DNA of 58,653 bases, counting the filler, from Dimargaris cristalligena (taxonomy: Eukaryota), in the NCBI GenBank assembly GCA_003614675.1. It is 5 parts of 5 records of this genome, joined end to end, with 100 filler letters (N's around TTAATTAATTAA, not from the genome) between each part and the next. Parts side by side here need not be neighbours in the genome. Positions count along the whole stretch, not along the records: positions 1 to 11,662 come from ML003093.1; positions 11,763 to 23,419 come from ML003094.1; 3 more parts are not named here. The stretch is one strand, 5' to 3'. This document shows, one piece after another, positions 1 to 12,980 of the stretch (its first letter is position 1; every line of letters begins with the position of its first letter). The notes beneath the pieces were generated by a model, which worked only from the letters and a program-made list of their open reading frames with translations, was not told where the DNA came from and searched no databases. Made by a program: the position numbers and the translations under genes.

Positions 1-53
1 AGGGAGTCAGGTGACCACTCTAGTTCAGGGGGACCGATTCCCTCTGATGGTGG

Positions 54-54
<1 letters not shown>

Positions 55-90
<36 letters not shown>
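55..90 (+). repeat. (ACT)12 microsatellite
   Basis: Perfect ACT x12 read directly. Confidence 0.95.
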
Positions 91-91
<1 letters not shown>

Positions 92-2296
92 TGCACCATA
101 GTCATTTACCCCTATTCCCAATTCTAAAGGCTCCGTAGATCGTTCCGTTGATCCTCCACAATGGTTGGGCTGATAATTGATAATGAATGGGGGCGAAAGA
201 GCGGGGTCGCCCAATAAGTTTTTCACTTTTAACTAAAGAAAGGGGTCAGTTCACAAATCATTTTATAGAGTTGAGCGAGGGCAGGTGTACATTGTCACCA
301 TTCAAGCAGTATTGTATATCCAGGGCATAGGGGAGCTCGTCCGCCAAAACAGGGCCACTGTAAAATAAACAGGTAAGCGGGGTGCCTGTCAAACGGGCTA
401 CTGCTTTATTAATGGCCCCTTTTTAAAAATCTCCTTTTCATTATATACCACATATCCACCAATTCCAGCGAATGAGGCTATTAGTTAGCCCTCCGCTATT
501 TTTTCAATTTAAAGGCTGGCCGTTAAAAAGCAGGGATCCTGTAGTCACCACAGGCCCGTCCCATGGGTACTAATTCGCCGGCAGTTCTGTTTATGCTCCA
601 TAAGAATACGACGGCACTTAGTCAAGTGTTTTTTGGTGGCCGCACCATCAGCTATAAAGTCCGCCATTCATCCTGGGGATTGTCGTACCATTTTGCAAGC
701 AAATCCCCCAAATATAGCTTTCTATAAGTAGGGCTTCGTCGTGGAGTCGAAAGAAATAGGAGGTGTAATAGTAGTTGGAGAATGGCATGGCGTGGATAGC
801 ACTCTCCAGTCTGACGCAATTGTCATTTGAGATAAACTGTATTTCTCTACCCACGCCATCGAATCTGGCTAGTCATCTTAATTAAGTCGCACATTGCCTT
901 ACAGCCTGCCTAGTTTTTACCCCGCCCCCACTCAATTAGGAGCGGTGTAACGGTATAAGGGTTTAGAGAGAACCTCACTTCGTTCAACGTCAATGTTGGT
1001 GTTAAGACGAAGGTTAATTCGAGGTATAGGAAAATAATAGATGAAAATAAGGAAACAAGTAGAAAGACTAAAACGGTGATGTTGTGGAATGTTGGGGATG
1101 ATGATGGTTGTTATTTTCCAACCTCCACCGAGGACGTTCTTTTATAAGGAATTGGTACGGTTACTGAAAGCGAGACACGATTATGGCGTGTTGTGGTAGG
1201 GCTGGGGCACCCCGGAAGAATGCAAGGCAGCGATGACTCGAACTGCCGAATGATAATTAAGGAGACACGGAGGGACACGTCGATAATATTATGTGCGGTA
1301 GACAAGGGACATAAAACGTCACAAGTGTCCAAGAATAACTTGATGCCCTTAATGACGTAATGCCGACTGGATTGGCCACATGTCCATCGGAGCAATTGTT
1401 GGGTAGGGGAGCCATCCCAGCGGGTTGTTCTAGCATTGTCTTCGTCTTCACTCAGCTTGCCCGTTTTAAGGGCTGCTAAAAATATATTCAATAGGTCTCT
1501 TCCACCTACGTCACCTAACCGCTTAGTACCGCTACTTGGTCGAGTCAATAGCTCCTTAATTTAAAAAGGCAATTTAATCAAGCCGGGGCATTGGGGTTAG
1601 ACGAGTAAATTCACCGAAGCCTTAGGCTAGCTAAATATCCCCTAGTCTTAAATATTTTAAATACGAGACAATGGAAATATCGGCTTCCGAGAAATATAAA
1701 AATAGAGAAGGCAGAAGAGGCGGGGCAATAAAAAGGAGGGAAGACACTCCCAAATAAGCAAGAGCCTCGAGATTTACCCTCGATTATATTGCCCGGACAG
1801 TCACTTGCTTGTCGTAAGCCTTTTATACGGAATCACCTCTGAGTGATAACCAATTCGTTAGTTCTATATAAATTGCCGAATGAATAGTCCAGAATACAAC
1901 CGCCAAAACGGCCAATCTAATATACCGACCATTATATCCGACTCAAAATATCGCATTGCCTTTAAACCGCCCGCTAGTGAGCTCCCTAGTTTACTCGATT
2001 CGTCCGACGGGCCCAACAGACCCCAGCGACCTAGCGTCGAACATAAGAATGGACCGGTATAATTCGGGCCCACCAACTATAACCGGTACGATCGATAATT
2101 AGAATGGGTGGCAGGGTGAATAAATTCATGGACCCATGTAGACACCCATATACATTATCGCGTCTCGTCGTGACACATGGGCGGCTTTATTAGCTGATAT
2201 GGGTTATCCGTGTTTTGGTCCATATCGTACTTTCGAGTGGTGTAACGGCACTCTAGTCCACAACACATTGTGGATAAAGCTTACCCGGACTACGGT

Positions 2297-2962
2297 TTAC
2301 TTATCCTTCTTGGCAGCCGGTGTGTTACTGTCGAGTGAAGCAAAGCGGACAAGGGCCGACCAGGATTGACAAATTAAAATCGAGGGAACGACCACCCATG
2401 CGAGATTCATCCCCCAAAAGTAAAAGTAGTAGTAGTACGGAAGCGGCGTCATGTAACGCCAGGTATCGTACCACATACTGAACATATAGACCAGGCTGCC
2501 GTACAGCTGGCCCACGGAAATGATCAGTTGTAGGGGGTGGCGAAGGGGCGATCGGGTAGCCAAGGCATAGGCGGCGAAGAGTAGGCCAGGGCCCTCCATC
2601 ACCACGGTGATCAACTCGACGGCCAGAACAGCCGAATCAGCCGAGAGATAGCGTGAGTCAGCCAGAGCGTATTCCTTCCAGAGGTCAGCCAGAACCGAGG
2701 ATACACCGGCTAGTTGGACATGGTACACGACGTAGTACCCCTCCAGAACCAGGTGGACAACCGCACTTAGGCAGAGCCAAAGGAAAATGGTTCGGTCAGT
2801 GGCGGACAAGCGGGGTTGGACCCGACCAACGAGGATGCCGGCGACCCCGAGGACGATCACCACGGCTGCAAAGAAGATGGGCAGCAAATGGGAGACGGCC
2901 CATTGCGGCGGTACGTAATGGGGTAGGGCCAAGGTAACGGGGTAGAACGGATGGGACGACAT
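2297..2962 (-). CDS. EBP: Emopamil-binding protein family sterol delta8-delta7 isomerase (EXPERA domain), 221 aa, intronless
   Basis: Start MSSHPFYP at gccATG (2962) rather than the longer ORF-track start. Motifs HLVLEGYY, LWKEYALADSRY, VELIT, LRHPLQLIISVGQLYG and YFWGMNLAWVVVP; about 5 hydrophobic segments; C-terminal KKDK dilysine ER-retrieval signal. Confidence 0.9.
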   Translation of the reverse strand: MSSHPFYPVTLALPHYVPPQWAVSHLLPIFFAAVVIVLGVAGILVGRVQPRLSATDRTIFLWLCLSAVVHLVLEGYYVVYHVQLAGVSSVLADLWKEYALADSRYLSADSAVLAVELITVVMEGPGLLFAAYALATRSPLRHPLQLIISVGQLYGSLVYMFSMWYDTWRYMTPLPYYYYFYFWGMNLAWVVVPSILICQSWSALVRFASLDSNTPAAKKDK

Positions 2963-3255
2963 GGCGGAAGTAGGGTGGCAGCCGGTAGTAAAATGGGGGT
3001 GAACGGGAGGGAAAGCCCAGGCGGCTAACTCGGCGGGGCGTTCCCACCGTTTGTTGCAGGGCCAGGTCGACACCGTGGTAGTGCTGCGGGGTTGCCAACC
3101 CCGTGACTGAAGAGCATCCTTTCCCATAGGCTGTCCAAAATACGGGCACCGGCAGAGAACAATAGACAACTTTACTTATTGAGGTGCCAAATAACAAGGG
3201 GCTACTTGGCAGCTTGCTGCCCCCGCCCCTTCTAGAAAACGACCCTACCCGTCGT

Positions 3256-3459
3256 CCGACTCCCTCTCTTCTGTTCAGCGACTTTCACGACAGCCGCATT
3301 CGGCCTTCTAGTTAGTTTACCCCTTATTTGCCACACCCGTCCACCTGCGTCTCCCGCCGACTCCCTCTCTTCTGTTCAGCAACTTTCACGACAGCCGCAT
3401 TCGGCCTTCTAGTTAGTTTACCCCTCATTTGCCACGCCCGTCCACCTGCGTCTCCCGCC
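3256..3459 (+). repeat. Tandem duplication, 101-bp unit x2, upstream of the kinase ATG
   Basis: 3256-3356 repeats from 3357 with three differences seen (cagcg/cagca, ccttatt/cctcatt, cacac/cacgc). Confidence 0.95.
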
Positions 3460-3480
3460 TGTGTACTTTGTACTACCGCT

Positions 3481-4966
3481 ATGAAAAAGCACCGTCCATC
3501 CCTGACTATTTCCCGGGCCGTGGCACGTTTCCGCTCCCTTCGCAAACCCGACTCATTCGAAACCCGCTACACTATTACCCCACACGTTCTGGGCTCAGGC
3601 AACTATGGCGTTGTCAAACGGGCCATTCACAACTCCACCCAAAAGGAATACGCCATTAAAATAATTCCCCGCAAAGTATTGTCTTCTAACAGTAGGTTTC
3701 ACGGGGCTCTATTTCATCCCTGACAAGTTCTAACCCATCAATATGGCTTATGCTTAGGCATTCTTCCCGTGGCCCAGGTTATTTATCATCAAAACACCAT
3801 TGATAACCCCACTGGCTCTATCCGAGAAGATAGCTTAATTTGATTATCATTTATCACCATTTTTTTCCTCCGCCCTACCTAGAGCCTGGTTCGGAGCGAT
3901 ATTTGAAATCCGAAATCGAAATACTCCGACAAATCCACCACCCGAACATTGTTTCCCTCGCGGAAATCCACCAGACGGACGAATACATTTATTTAGTCAT
4001 GGGCCTGTAAGTACCAATTCAAGGTACATAATCCCGTACCGAATTTACCGCCCCGCCGATTTCTACGCCCCTCTATTGGCGAATACTCTACGGGTTCTGA
4101 GTCGCGGCATAGCCTTCCTTACCAGTACTACGTCAAGTCCGTTTCTCATCTCCCCTACTGATTTTAACGGGTAATATACCCCCACCTCTCAAACATGTAT
4201 TGGTCACAACAGCGCCCTGGGCGGGGAGCTTTACGAGCAGTTATTCGTACAGGGCCATTACACTGAGCGAGACGCCCGGCGAATCGTCCACCAAATTCTC
4301 AAAGGCGTGGCCTATCTCCACAGTCGCGATATCGTCCATCGCGACCTTAAGCCCGAAAATCTCCTCCTCAAGGACAACTCCCCGCAAGCCGACATTATGA
4401 TCACCGACTTCGGCCTATCCACCATACTACCCCATGAAAATGCCGTGCTCCTCACCGCATGCGGTACACCCGGGTATGTGGCCCCGGAGGTGCTCGTGCA
4501 GACGGGGTACGGCCGAGAAGTGGATCTCTGGAGTCTGGGGGTCATCGCCTTCTGCCTCCTGTGCGGCTATACCCCATTTTGGGGGGAAGACAATCCTTCC
4601 CTATTCGAGGCCATTAAGAGCGGGGCCTATGAGTTTGAGGAAGCTTATTGGTACTACATTTCACCCGAGGCCAAGCAATTTATAACCCGCTTGTTGCAAG
4701 TCGACCCCGACCGCCGTCCCACAGCCCTAGATGCCTTGTCGGACCCCTGGTTCCAACTCGAATTCCAGTCGACCCCCGTGGACCTGGCCGACATGGTCAA
4801 ACAGAATATGGAGTCCAAGAAAACTTTACGCAAGGCGTTCAATGTAGTCAGTGCGGCCAACGCCTTCCAGCAGGCCAGTTCGCGGAAAAGCATTAGTAAG
4901 CCCGGGTGGTACATGGCCATCACCAAGATGTTCACGCACGCCCAGCCCCACTCGACCAAAGTGTGA
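3481..4966 (+). CDS. Calcium/calmodulin-dependent protein kinase I family (Cmk1-like); exons 3481-3691, 3883-4006, 4213-4966; 362 aa
   Basis: GT-AG splicing gives an in-frame kinase: LGSGNYGVV, YAIK, EIEILRQIHHPNIV, ALGGELYE, HRDLKPEN, ITDFG, TACGTPGYVAPE, DLWSLG, plus a CaM-binding-like tail TLRKAFNVVSAANAF. Confidence 0.9.
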
Positions 4967-5591
4967 GCATATTCTTTCCTTTGCCGTAAAGCGTGGTGAG
5001 GATTGGCGCCTTATATAAGCCAAATCCGCCATGCCCTATTTGCAACTCAGCGGGCGGATTGGCCTCTGCGTGGATTATTCTAATTGCTCGCCAATTCCAA
5101 AGCCCGCTCGGCGGCCCTCATGGCAAGGCAAGATTATTTACGGATGATACTCGTGGGTTGTTAGTTGGTCAACCCATTCAGGTAATCATTTATCACACAC
5201 GCGCCTTCTTTCACCCGATAATCCACCATCGACATTCCCCATACTTACCATATATATATATATGATATATATTTGTCACTATCCCAATCGGTGTACTATT
5301 ACAAAATCATTACTTTAATTTACTTTACCAATATGGGCTTCGTCTCAGTAACACATTCTGTATTGCCTATATTGGGCCACATTATCCATCACCTTGCACT
5401 TGTTTAAAATATCCTTATATTTTTCATTAGCGAACGATAAATGTACGTCACCATGCTCCATACTGTTGTCGGGGAGTGAGGACCGGCATGTAAAGTTCGT
5501 CAGATTGGCAAAGTAGCTGTGCTCGTATCCGTGACAGACCTGTCGAGGTGGTCGTGGGACGGGTCATGCCATTTGCACTTCGGAGACAATT

Positions 5592-8500
5592 CTAGCGTCG
5601 TAGACGCAATAAAAAGGCGTTCTTGGACATTGCGCTATCGTCGGGCAGATACTTGTCGTAGAAATTGACAATAAACTGCTCCGGTTTGAATCCGTAGCCC
5701 TGGTACAAAATCTGCAGATTTGGGGAACCAATCAAGGGATGTACATATATTACGGGATGCGCACGCGTTAAATCATGATTACCTGATCAAGGGAAAATCA
5801 GGGGGGATCATGAAGGTGCTGCTTGTAAAGAAAATACGCAGATTGGTGATGGTAATGTGGGCCCAGCAAACTTACCATTGCGGGGTTATTTGCCGATACG
5901 TGTAGGCTGATATCTTTGCCCACTGATATTTGGTTAAGGTGGTAGAGCATAAAGCTAGAGAAGAGAAGAGACGGATGGGAAGGGTTGCCGAATACCAAAA
6001 ACAATAAATACATCGTACCGAATTAATAATCGATGTATAGATACGGGTAAGGTACTGTCTCAAATCATACAACTGGCACATCAATTATAAGGAACTATCA
6101 CTCAAGCGAATATCACATATATCTAGGAACTTACCTGCCAATTCCGGCGTTACTCCAGCCAGGGGCCACTGTGATATACGTTACGTAGGCGTCGGGGGTC
6201 ATAAAGGCACATCCAATCACCAGCCGCTTATATAAAGCAACGATACTACATTCCGGGTATTGGAGAGCTTCGGCCACTGGGGAATGGAAATTGCATGAAC
6301 AGTCAAATCAGTCAGTATATACGAAAAAATAACAGCGTTCAATAAATAATATCCACTAGGCTGCCAACAGCTAATATGGATTCTACAAGATAAATATATT
6401 GATGAGTCATAGACACACTGGGAAAGAATGGATAGGTCTGGTGAATCTACGATTTGAATAGTGGGGAAACATATTAACCGCTTGAGGGCAATTAACTTAC
6501 TGTCAATACCGGGCCAGAAGGCCTTCGAGAGTAAAGCGTTTACCTGAGGTAAATGACAGGCCTCAACATAGCGGTATTCAACCGGTAAGTTTAGAGATAT
6601 AGGTTCGGTTCTATATAAATGAATTAAGGTGCGGATATATACATTAAATCGTCAAAATCCATAGTTAGTGTTGTGTAATCAGCAGTTGGGTGGAATGGCT
6701 TATTCGTAGCTAATATACTTCCGAGTAGAACCAATATCCTCTGGCCGAGAAGTAGCTCGATTTTACAGACCACCAATCACTTGGAGGTTATCATAGCGGA
6801 TCATCAATAAGACTATATTTTAACAGTAATGAATAAACCTGAAAACAAGTCGCCACCAAATGGGGAGGGGGGGGTACACGATGGAAAATCAACAGTCGCA
6901 AATGTCTATAGCCACACTTACGTTGGGGTTCGTTCTTGAATCGCTTTGAGCATCCTCATTTTTATAGGCTGGGTATGAGTGTCCCGCCAGATAAATGGCT
7001 TGAGTGGGCGCCCACTGAATGGACTGGTTCGGAGTTTTAAACTACCTAAGGTAGTATTTGGATATGTTATGCCATAGAGGCGATGGGCGAAGGACCGGCG
7101 GAACGGTGTAGAGACAATTCGAGAGGCCGGCCGGGTCAGAAGGGGCTGGGTTCGTAGAATTGATATCACAATTGGAATTTAGGGCAGATATTTATGAGTA
7201 ACCTAATCCGTACTATAGACAGAAAGGTATAATTCACTCCCTAGTTTGGTCCTACTTGTACGTCAGTTACCGAGTGGCGTAAGGCTGCACGGATCCAAAA
7301 GGTTCCGCGTAGGAGGGTATTTGAGCCAGTACAGTGGCCATCAAGGAACTTACCTCATCATCCACCTCGGACGTTTCTTGAGCTTGGGGGTCGTTGGTAT
7401 CGGCTTCATTAAGGGGTTTATCGTCAAACCCGGTAAACGGTTCATCCTGGATAAGTGTTCGATAGACTTGTAGGTCTATATCAAAGAGGGGCAGGCCGCG
7501 GACTCGTTTCAAATGGCGCACCTGTAGTTTGCGTTTAAGTCGAGTATCTGCTACTGACAGCCCCTCCGCCCCCGCCAGGACAAGCTCCCGGAACAGAGCG
7601 TCCTCCTCGGCTGGCGTCATGGGTACAATATGTTGCGGTGCGGGTCCAGAGGATGGTGGTGCTAATATACTATTGTCCGAATCCTCTTCAACTTTGATTC
7701 GCTTGGCCGCTGGAGAGATGCCCGATAAAGACGATAGGGGTGATGCGGGATTCGGTGACGCCAAAAGGGGCTGATCCAGGGGGGATAACACTGTGCGCGA
7801 GGTCCTTCGCTTGGCCGCCTTGCCTCGCGAACGAGGGTTCAGCAATTCATCGTCATCCAGAGTCGACCAAGATTCAACGGAACTAAGGGGCGAATCGCTC
7901 GAACCGGAAAAGCGAATGTCCATATTGGCTTCAACCTCGGATATAGTACAAGATTGGAATGCCTCCTCCTTAATCATGGGGCCAGTGGACTCGTCGCTCA
8001 CCGATCCGGGCTTACGCATACCGGGACTAGGTGGGAGCCGGGGCGAATCGGTGGTCTAGTAAAGTTTGCAAAATATATTGTTCAGCGAGACGTGAGAATA
8101 CTAGAGGTTAGTGGGGCGGTTTGTTGAAAAAAAATAGATATCTAGTGAAGACGCAAGGCCATGTCAGCGGATTCGGGTAGGTAATAAGATTACCAGGCAT
8201 TAAGGAGGCAACTTTCCAGGGGGTTCTTTGGATCAGTTTCCACGAAATTAGTTAAGCTCGCACATTATGGCAGCTGAGTAGAGTCCTAGTGGTTCTGAAA
8301 AAAAAATCTCAATAGGAAGGATGGATACGTAATTTATAATAATACAAACCTTTCCGTCAAATTTCAAAGGGGTGCCTGTCAGGCTTGATCGTTTGGGCTT
8401 AGGGTCGGGACGACGGAAAACTTCGGTTTTGGCCTTACCCTCTGTGATACGTATAACAGAAATAGCGGTTGATATTGGAGTTGAAACCAATGGTCGATGT

Positions 8501-10408
8501 ACAAGGCGAACTAGGCCGAATGAATAATGTGATATAGTTGGGCATTGCTATCGGACGTCATGTATAGCAAAACACTTGAAAACAACTTACTTTTAAGTGG
8601 GATGCGGTCAGGGGGTGTCATAACTTTCAAGCCCCAATATCCTACACGAGTATCGGTAATATTACACAAATAAATAGGGTAGGATACAGGTTTTCAACAA
8701 TATCGGCAGAGTTAGGACATTTACCATATTATGCTCTGAGCTATTTACACAAACTCAAGATGGGTCGAGAAGAGTGGGAATTGGTTGTACAGATATGATG
8801 CACATATTACCAGGCCCTGATGGATGAATAGTGTTGTTTGATTACAAAAAGATGTCGGTAGGATGATTCATGAAGTGCTTCTGGTCATATCACACAAAAT
8901 CACTTACCAGGTTGGCCAAGATCGTCTAACCCCGAGATAAATGTAGTAGGATGTGTAGAAAGCACTGCAGATACCGTGTTTCGCCATGTAGCGGATCCTA
9001 AATCGGGGATATTATACAGACACATGCAAGTGAATTTGCTTTAACATAGTTTGCTCGGATGTACATACTTAGATATGGTCCCTGAGGCGATCAACCGGAA
9101 CAAAAGTACACGGCAAAAAGTTGTCAAGGAAATGGAACGGTGAAATTGGAGAAACGGGGACTTACGCTTTTTATCCGGCTGGAGGTCTTCCCAGTATTTA
9201 TCGATAAAGGGACAAATGGTACCCTTACACCTGAAGAACGGCGTGCCCTCGGCCAGGGTAAGATGATATACTACCATATGGACGATCGTTACCCTGTACC
9301 ATCAAATGGCATCCACAGAAAATACCAATAATTGTCCAACAGAATCAATCCAGAAAAATATAGATATATTAGTATCATGACAATGATGAGTGAATATGGC
9401 AGGGTATCTCTATTTTTGGATACGGGTCATCAAACCCATGCGAAATCGAGGCTAGAAGGGGGGTCCTTAGACCATCTAGAATGTACCTAATCAATTGGTT
9501 ATCGAATAGCAAGATTAAAGAAACAAGACCTACCAACTTATACTTTCACGCAAGTATTCCTCGGCGCCACCGGTGCAGACTGAGCAGCGAAAGGTGTAGA
9601 ATATATCACCGTGCAATGGGATACCGGTTTTCACGGTTAAACATTCTAAATGGGGACACCACGATTACAGTCCGACAGTAGGGCAGAGGTCAGATTAGGT
9701 GTTCAAGATAGCATAGGTAAATAGCCCGTGTCTCGGTCCAGCGACACACCATGCGCCAATTTGGCATGTACCATAGAGACATGCAACGAAAGATAATAGA
9801 CTTACTGGGATGAAATAATTGCTGACATGAAGAGCAGACTCGCATGATCTCATTTCTGAAGGATAAAGAGGTTAAAGTAGGTGTCAGTCAAAGGACTCAA
9901 AACGAACATTCATTAGCATTCCATTTAGCCAACAAGGGCCAGCGAGTAGCCTGAAGAAGCCACGCTATACAGCCATCTGGTCATGCATAGGGCTCACGGC
10001 TAAGACACAGTCCAAGGTCATACGCTAGCGATAATTAAAAACCTATTCGTCCCACACTATACTGCCTACGTGTAAAATCAGCTAGAAGATTGTGATAAAA
10101 ACGGGACCATCCACTTACTTGGCATAATCATTGCCGCAATAGCAATAGGTCTTCTCGGCGTTCCGCTCTGGCGTATCATCAAGCCAAGTTAGCTTGGCAG
10201 CCTGGTTTAAGGAGCCAATGGTAAATGGACAAATAGGCCAACGGATTAGTGGATAAGGGTCATGTAGGGAACAGCGCCTGGGCTTTGCATTTTCAGAAAG
10301 CATCGGCCCACATACCCGAACTGTTAGTCTGGGGCGTGTCAAACCAATACCAGCAAGGGTTCAGTAGTCTCCACTTACATTATAAGGGAATCGCTTATGA
10401 ACCCCCAT
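5592..10408 (-). CDS. KAT14: KAT14/CSRP2BP/Atac2-like histone acetyltransferase (PHD + winged-helix-like + GNAT), ~693 aa; exons 10379-10408, 10119-10201, 9806-9855, 9534-9645, 9166-9293, 8908-8997, 8591-8641, 8350-8510, 7354-8055, 6922-7145, 6501-6610, 6135-6276, 5876-5954, 5592-5711
   Basis: Manually spliced exons total 2082 nt with all phases compatible. N-terminus: YCYCG..CSSC..FHPKC..GDIFYTFRCSVC (PHD), then ICPFIDKYW..TWRNTVSAVLS. C-terminus: SPFSGRPLKPFIWRD, AFWPGID..LQYPECSIVALYKRLVIGCAFM, LHVSANNPAMILYQGYGFKPEQFIVNFYDKY..KNAFLLRLRR*, matching the CSRP2BP C-terminus as I recall it (LHVSASNPAMLLYQKFGFK..FYDKY..AFFLRLRR). First exon is least certain. Confidence 0.85.
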
Positions 10409-11662
10409 GCTATTTTGTTAAATGTATAGTTAAGGTAGAGAAAAAATATATAAAGGTGAAACCCAATGTGCAGCTTAATAAACGAAAAAGAAATAAGCGC
10501 AATGGGTAACACAAAATAATAGACCAGTCTCATGAGTGGGTTGTCTGAATACTTTTTAACCAGGCCTGGCTCAAGGATACCAAATTAAGCGTTATAGGTA
10601 CTGGGTACTGCAAAAGGGAAGGGGGAGGGGGTCAAAAGGAGAGAAAAGCGGATAGACGTTCAGCTCCCTCGCGGAGGATGAGAATAATGTAAACCACAGC
10701 GGCTATTGCTAGGCGGGCGGATGGCGCAACATGCTGCAAAGTCGAGGCAAAGGCCTCAGTGGCCTATGTAAATTGCGGGAGCCCCCTTTACAGGCCAGTG
10801 TGAAAGGCTAAAGGTTTAGTGAATAGTACTGCCCTTAGGATACTAGGGCTGGCTAGTTTAAAAGGCAACAAGAGCCGACAACAACGTCGGAGAGCGTGTG
10901 AATAACCACAAATTACAGGCATAATAGACCAACTTTATGTACTAACCAGATTATGCTGTTTTTATTGACGAGAGATACCACACCCCAGGATCAATGAAGT
11001 CGGGTGATAGTAAAACACAAGATAAACCAAGGCAACATTAGGAGGTAACAAACCACCACCACCAACACATTAGGTTGGGCCAAAAGGAGTCAAATAACGG
11101 CTGAAAAACGGGGTAGCAAAAGAAAAATGCTATAATTGCCAACGCTAACAGCGGCGGGTAATGAGTACAGTGCGACCGACAGAAAAGGCGCACTATTTAA
11201 TACTTGGGCTGGATCATTTGGGCATAGGCCAGCATCATACTACCCAAGATTGAGTGTAATGCTTGCCATGCAAAAATAATATAAAATGGTCCGGAAAAGT
11301 TAATGGATGGGAAGGGGCGGGATAGAAAAGGGCAGAAAGAGCGTAAACAAATAGGTATCGTACAACGATGGTGGGGGAGAGGGCGAAATAATGAGAAGGT
11401 GCTAGTGTAACGAAATAAAAAGAGTAAGAAAATTAGAGCGGAAATAAGATTTGGGTAGATATTGCTACTGGAAAAAGAAGTACCCAGGAGATTGAATAAA
11501 GGGGCTAGGTATGAGGAGCCATAGTGAAAATGACCGAAGCTCCTTCAGCCTATTTAATTACACACCCTTTGCCCTGTCGTAAAGATGGGTTTACTGTCAG
11601 TTTGGTGCTAGGCGAAGGTCCAAATTTAACCACAACGATCGCCTCTAATGATTCGTGAAGCC

Positions 11663-11762
11663 NNNNNNNNNNNNNNNNNNNNNNNNNNNNNNNNNNNNNN
11701 NNNNNNTTAATTAATTAANNNNNNNNNNNNNNNNNNNNNNNNNNNNNNNNNNNNNNNNNNNN
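11663..11762. other. Artificial contig-joining spacer (N44-TTAATTAATTAA-N44)
   Basis: 100-nt spacer with a six-frame stop linker, identical at four places. Confidence 0.97.
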
Positions 11763-12980
11763 TGGGTGTAAAATCAGCTATTTCTTTGTGGGGAATGAAC
11801 CGGGCGGGGGGGGGGGGGGTATGGGTGACTTTACCCAGCCGCGGATACCATAGCTAAATAGTGAATAAATGGGCTTATCGAGGTGGGAGGACTACCAACT
11901 TCGTTGCTCAGGAATACACCTGCACGCCAATGTATCACCCCACCTGCCTTTCATTTGTTTAAATCTTACGCATGGCGTGGCCATTTCTCTCGCCCCTACA
12001 CCGCCAAGCTTCGGTTAGGTAATATGGGAGGAGGGAAGGGACCGCCCCCTATACACACATATACAGACACACAGAGACTCATCAACGATTATCCGATTTT
12101 CCCCAGTGTTGGCGCCTCACGGGACCCAAGTAGATGTCGGTCGTATAGATGGTGGGTATTGTTGGGGGATAAACACCAAGCCATTAGTCAGTTGGGCCTC
12201 TCTAGGGAGCAATAATAGCGCATCATTTCCTGACTTCCTGAGGAGCCGGCTCTAATGAAACTGGGCCACGTAGGTGGATAAAATGGGGGAAGTGGGGCGG
12301 GGGATGGGATACAAGGGCGGCTCGTGACAATAGGTGTAACATCCGCCCAGCCAAGAAATTAAAAATGAAATATATTGGGTAATTAAATACACTGGCCGAG
12401 GAGGGTATGATCACCCAGCGCGCCAGTCCAGTCTAGTGCGATACGTAATCATGTACTTAAGATGTGAGAATATAGAAGGGAAATGGTAATTTATTGTAAT
12501 GACATGGCCAAGGATGGTTGGCCATCCAAGGATAAATATGAGGGAAGAGAGGAAAATGGTAAACAGGGGAAAGGGAGGCGGGCATTTTAGGGCATAGAGT
12601 TATACAAATACAGAATAAACAACAACCAGGTATTTAGGCGTAAAATGAGCGCGAGTGTATGGAAAGGGAGTGTCGACTCTGTCCCAAGCAAAAAAAATAA
12701 TTGGAAGAATGTGACGTGTGTGGGGTATAAGGGGGTGAATGGCGAGACTATGGTAAATAGTAGACAATGGACCGAGAAAATACAGGGTCGGTTCAGATGA
12801 AGTTAAACGGAAAATTGAATCAACGGGGAGAAGGGAAGAGAAAGGGGGATTGAAATGAAGGAACAAAGACCAGTGTGGGGAGGGGAGTGCCCCGACCACT
12901 ACTAGTGCTATTGCTATTACTACTGCTGCGATGACGACGACTAGACGGTCTAGACACCGCCCTGGTGGATAGAAGCATCT

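Noticed and set aside
648..2076. Short ORFs and a TATA-like element near 1140 at the start of contig 1
   Set aside because: I could not build a coherent spliced gene or recognise any domain.
3328..3480. Hydrophobic N-terminal extension suggesting a secreted or membrane-bound kinase
   Set aside because: Relies on a TTG start and runs through the tandem duplication; ATG 3481 gives a normal CaMK.
7267..8019. Standalone 250-aa Ser/Pro-rich protein
   Set aside because: It is an internal exon (7354-8055) of the KAT14-like gene, with a perfect GAG|gtaagt donor.
11707..11718. Regularly spaced TTAATTAATTAA palindromes as a biological repeat or CRISPR-like array
   Set aside because: Always embedded in N runs; a synthetic six-frame stop linker.
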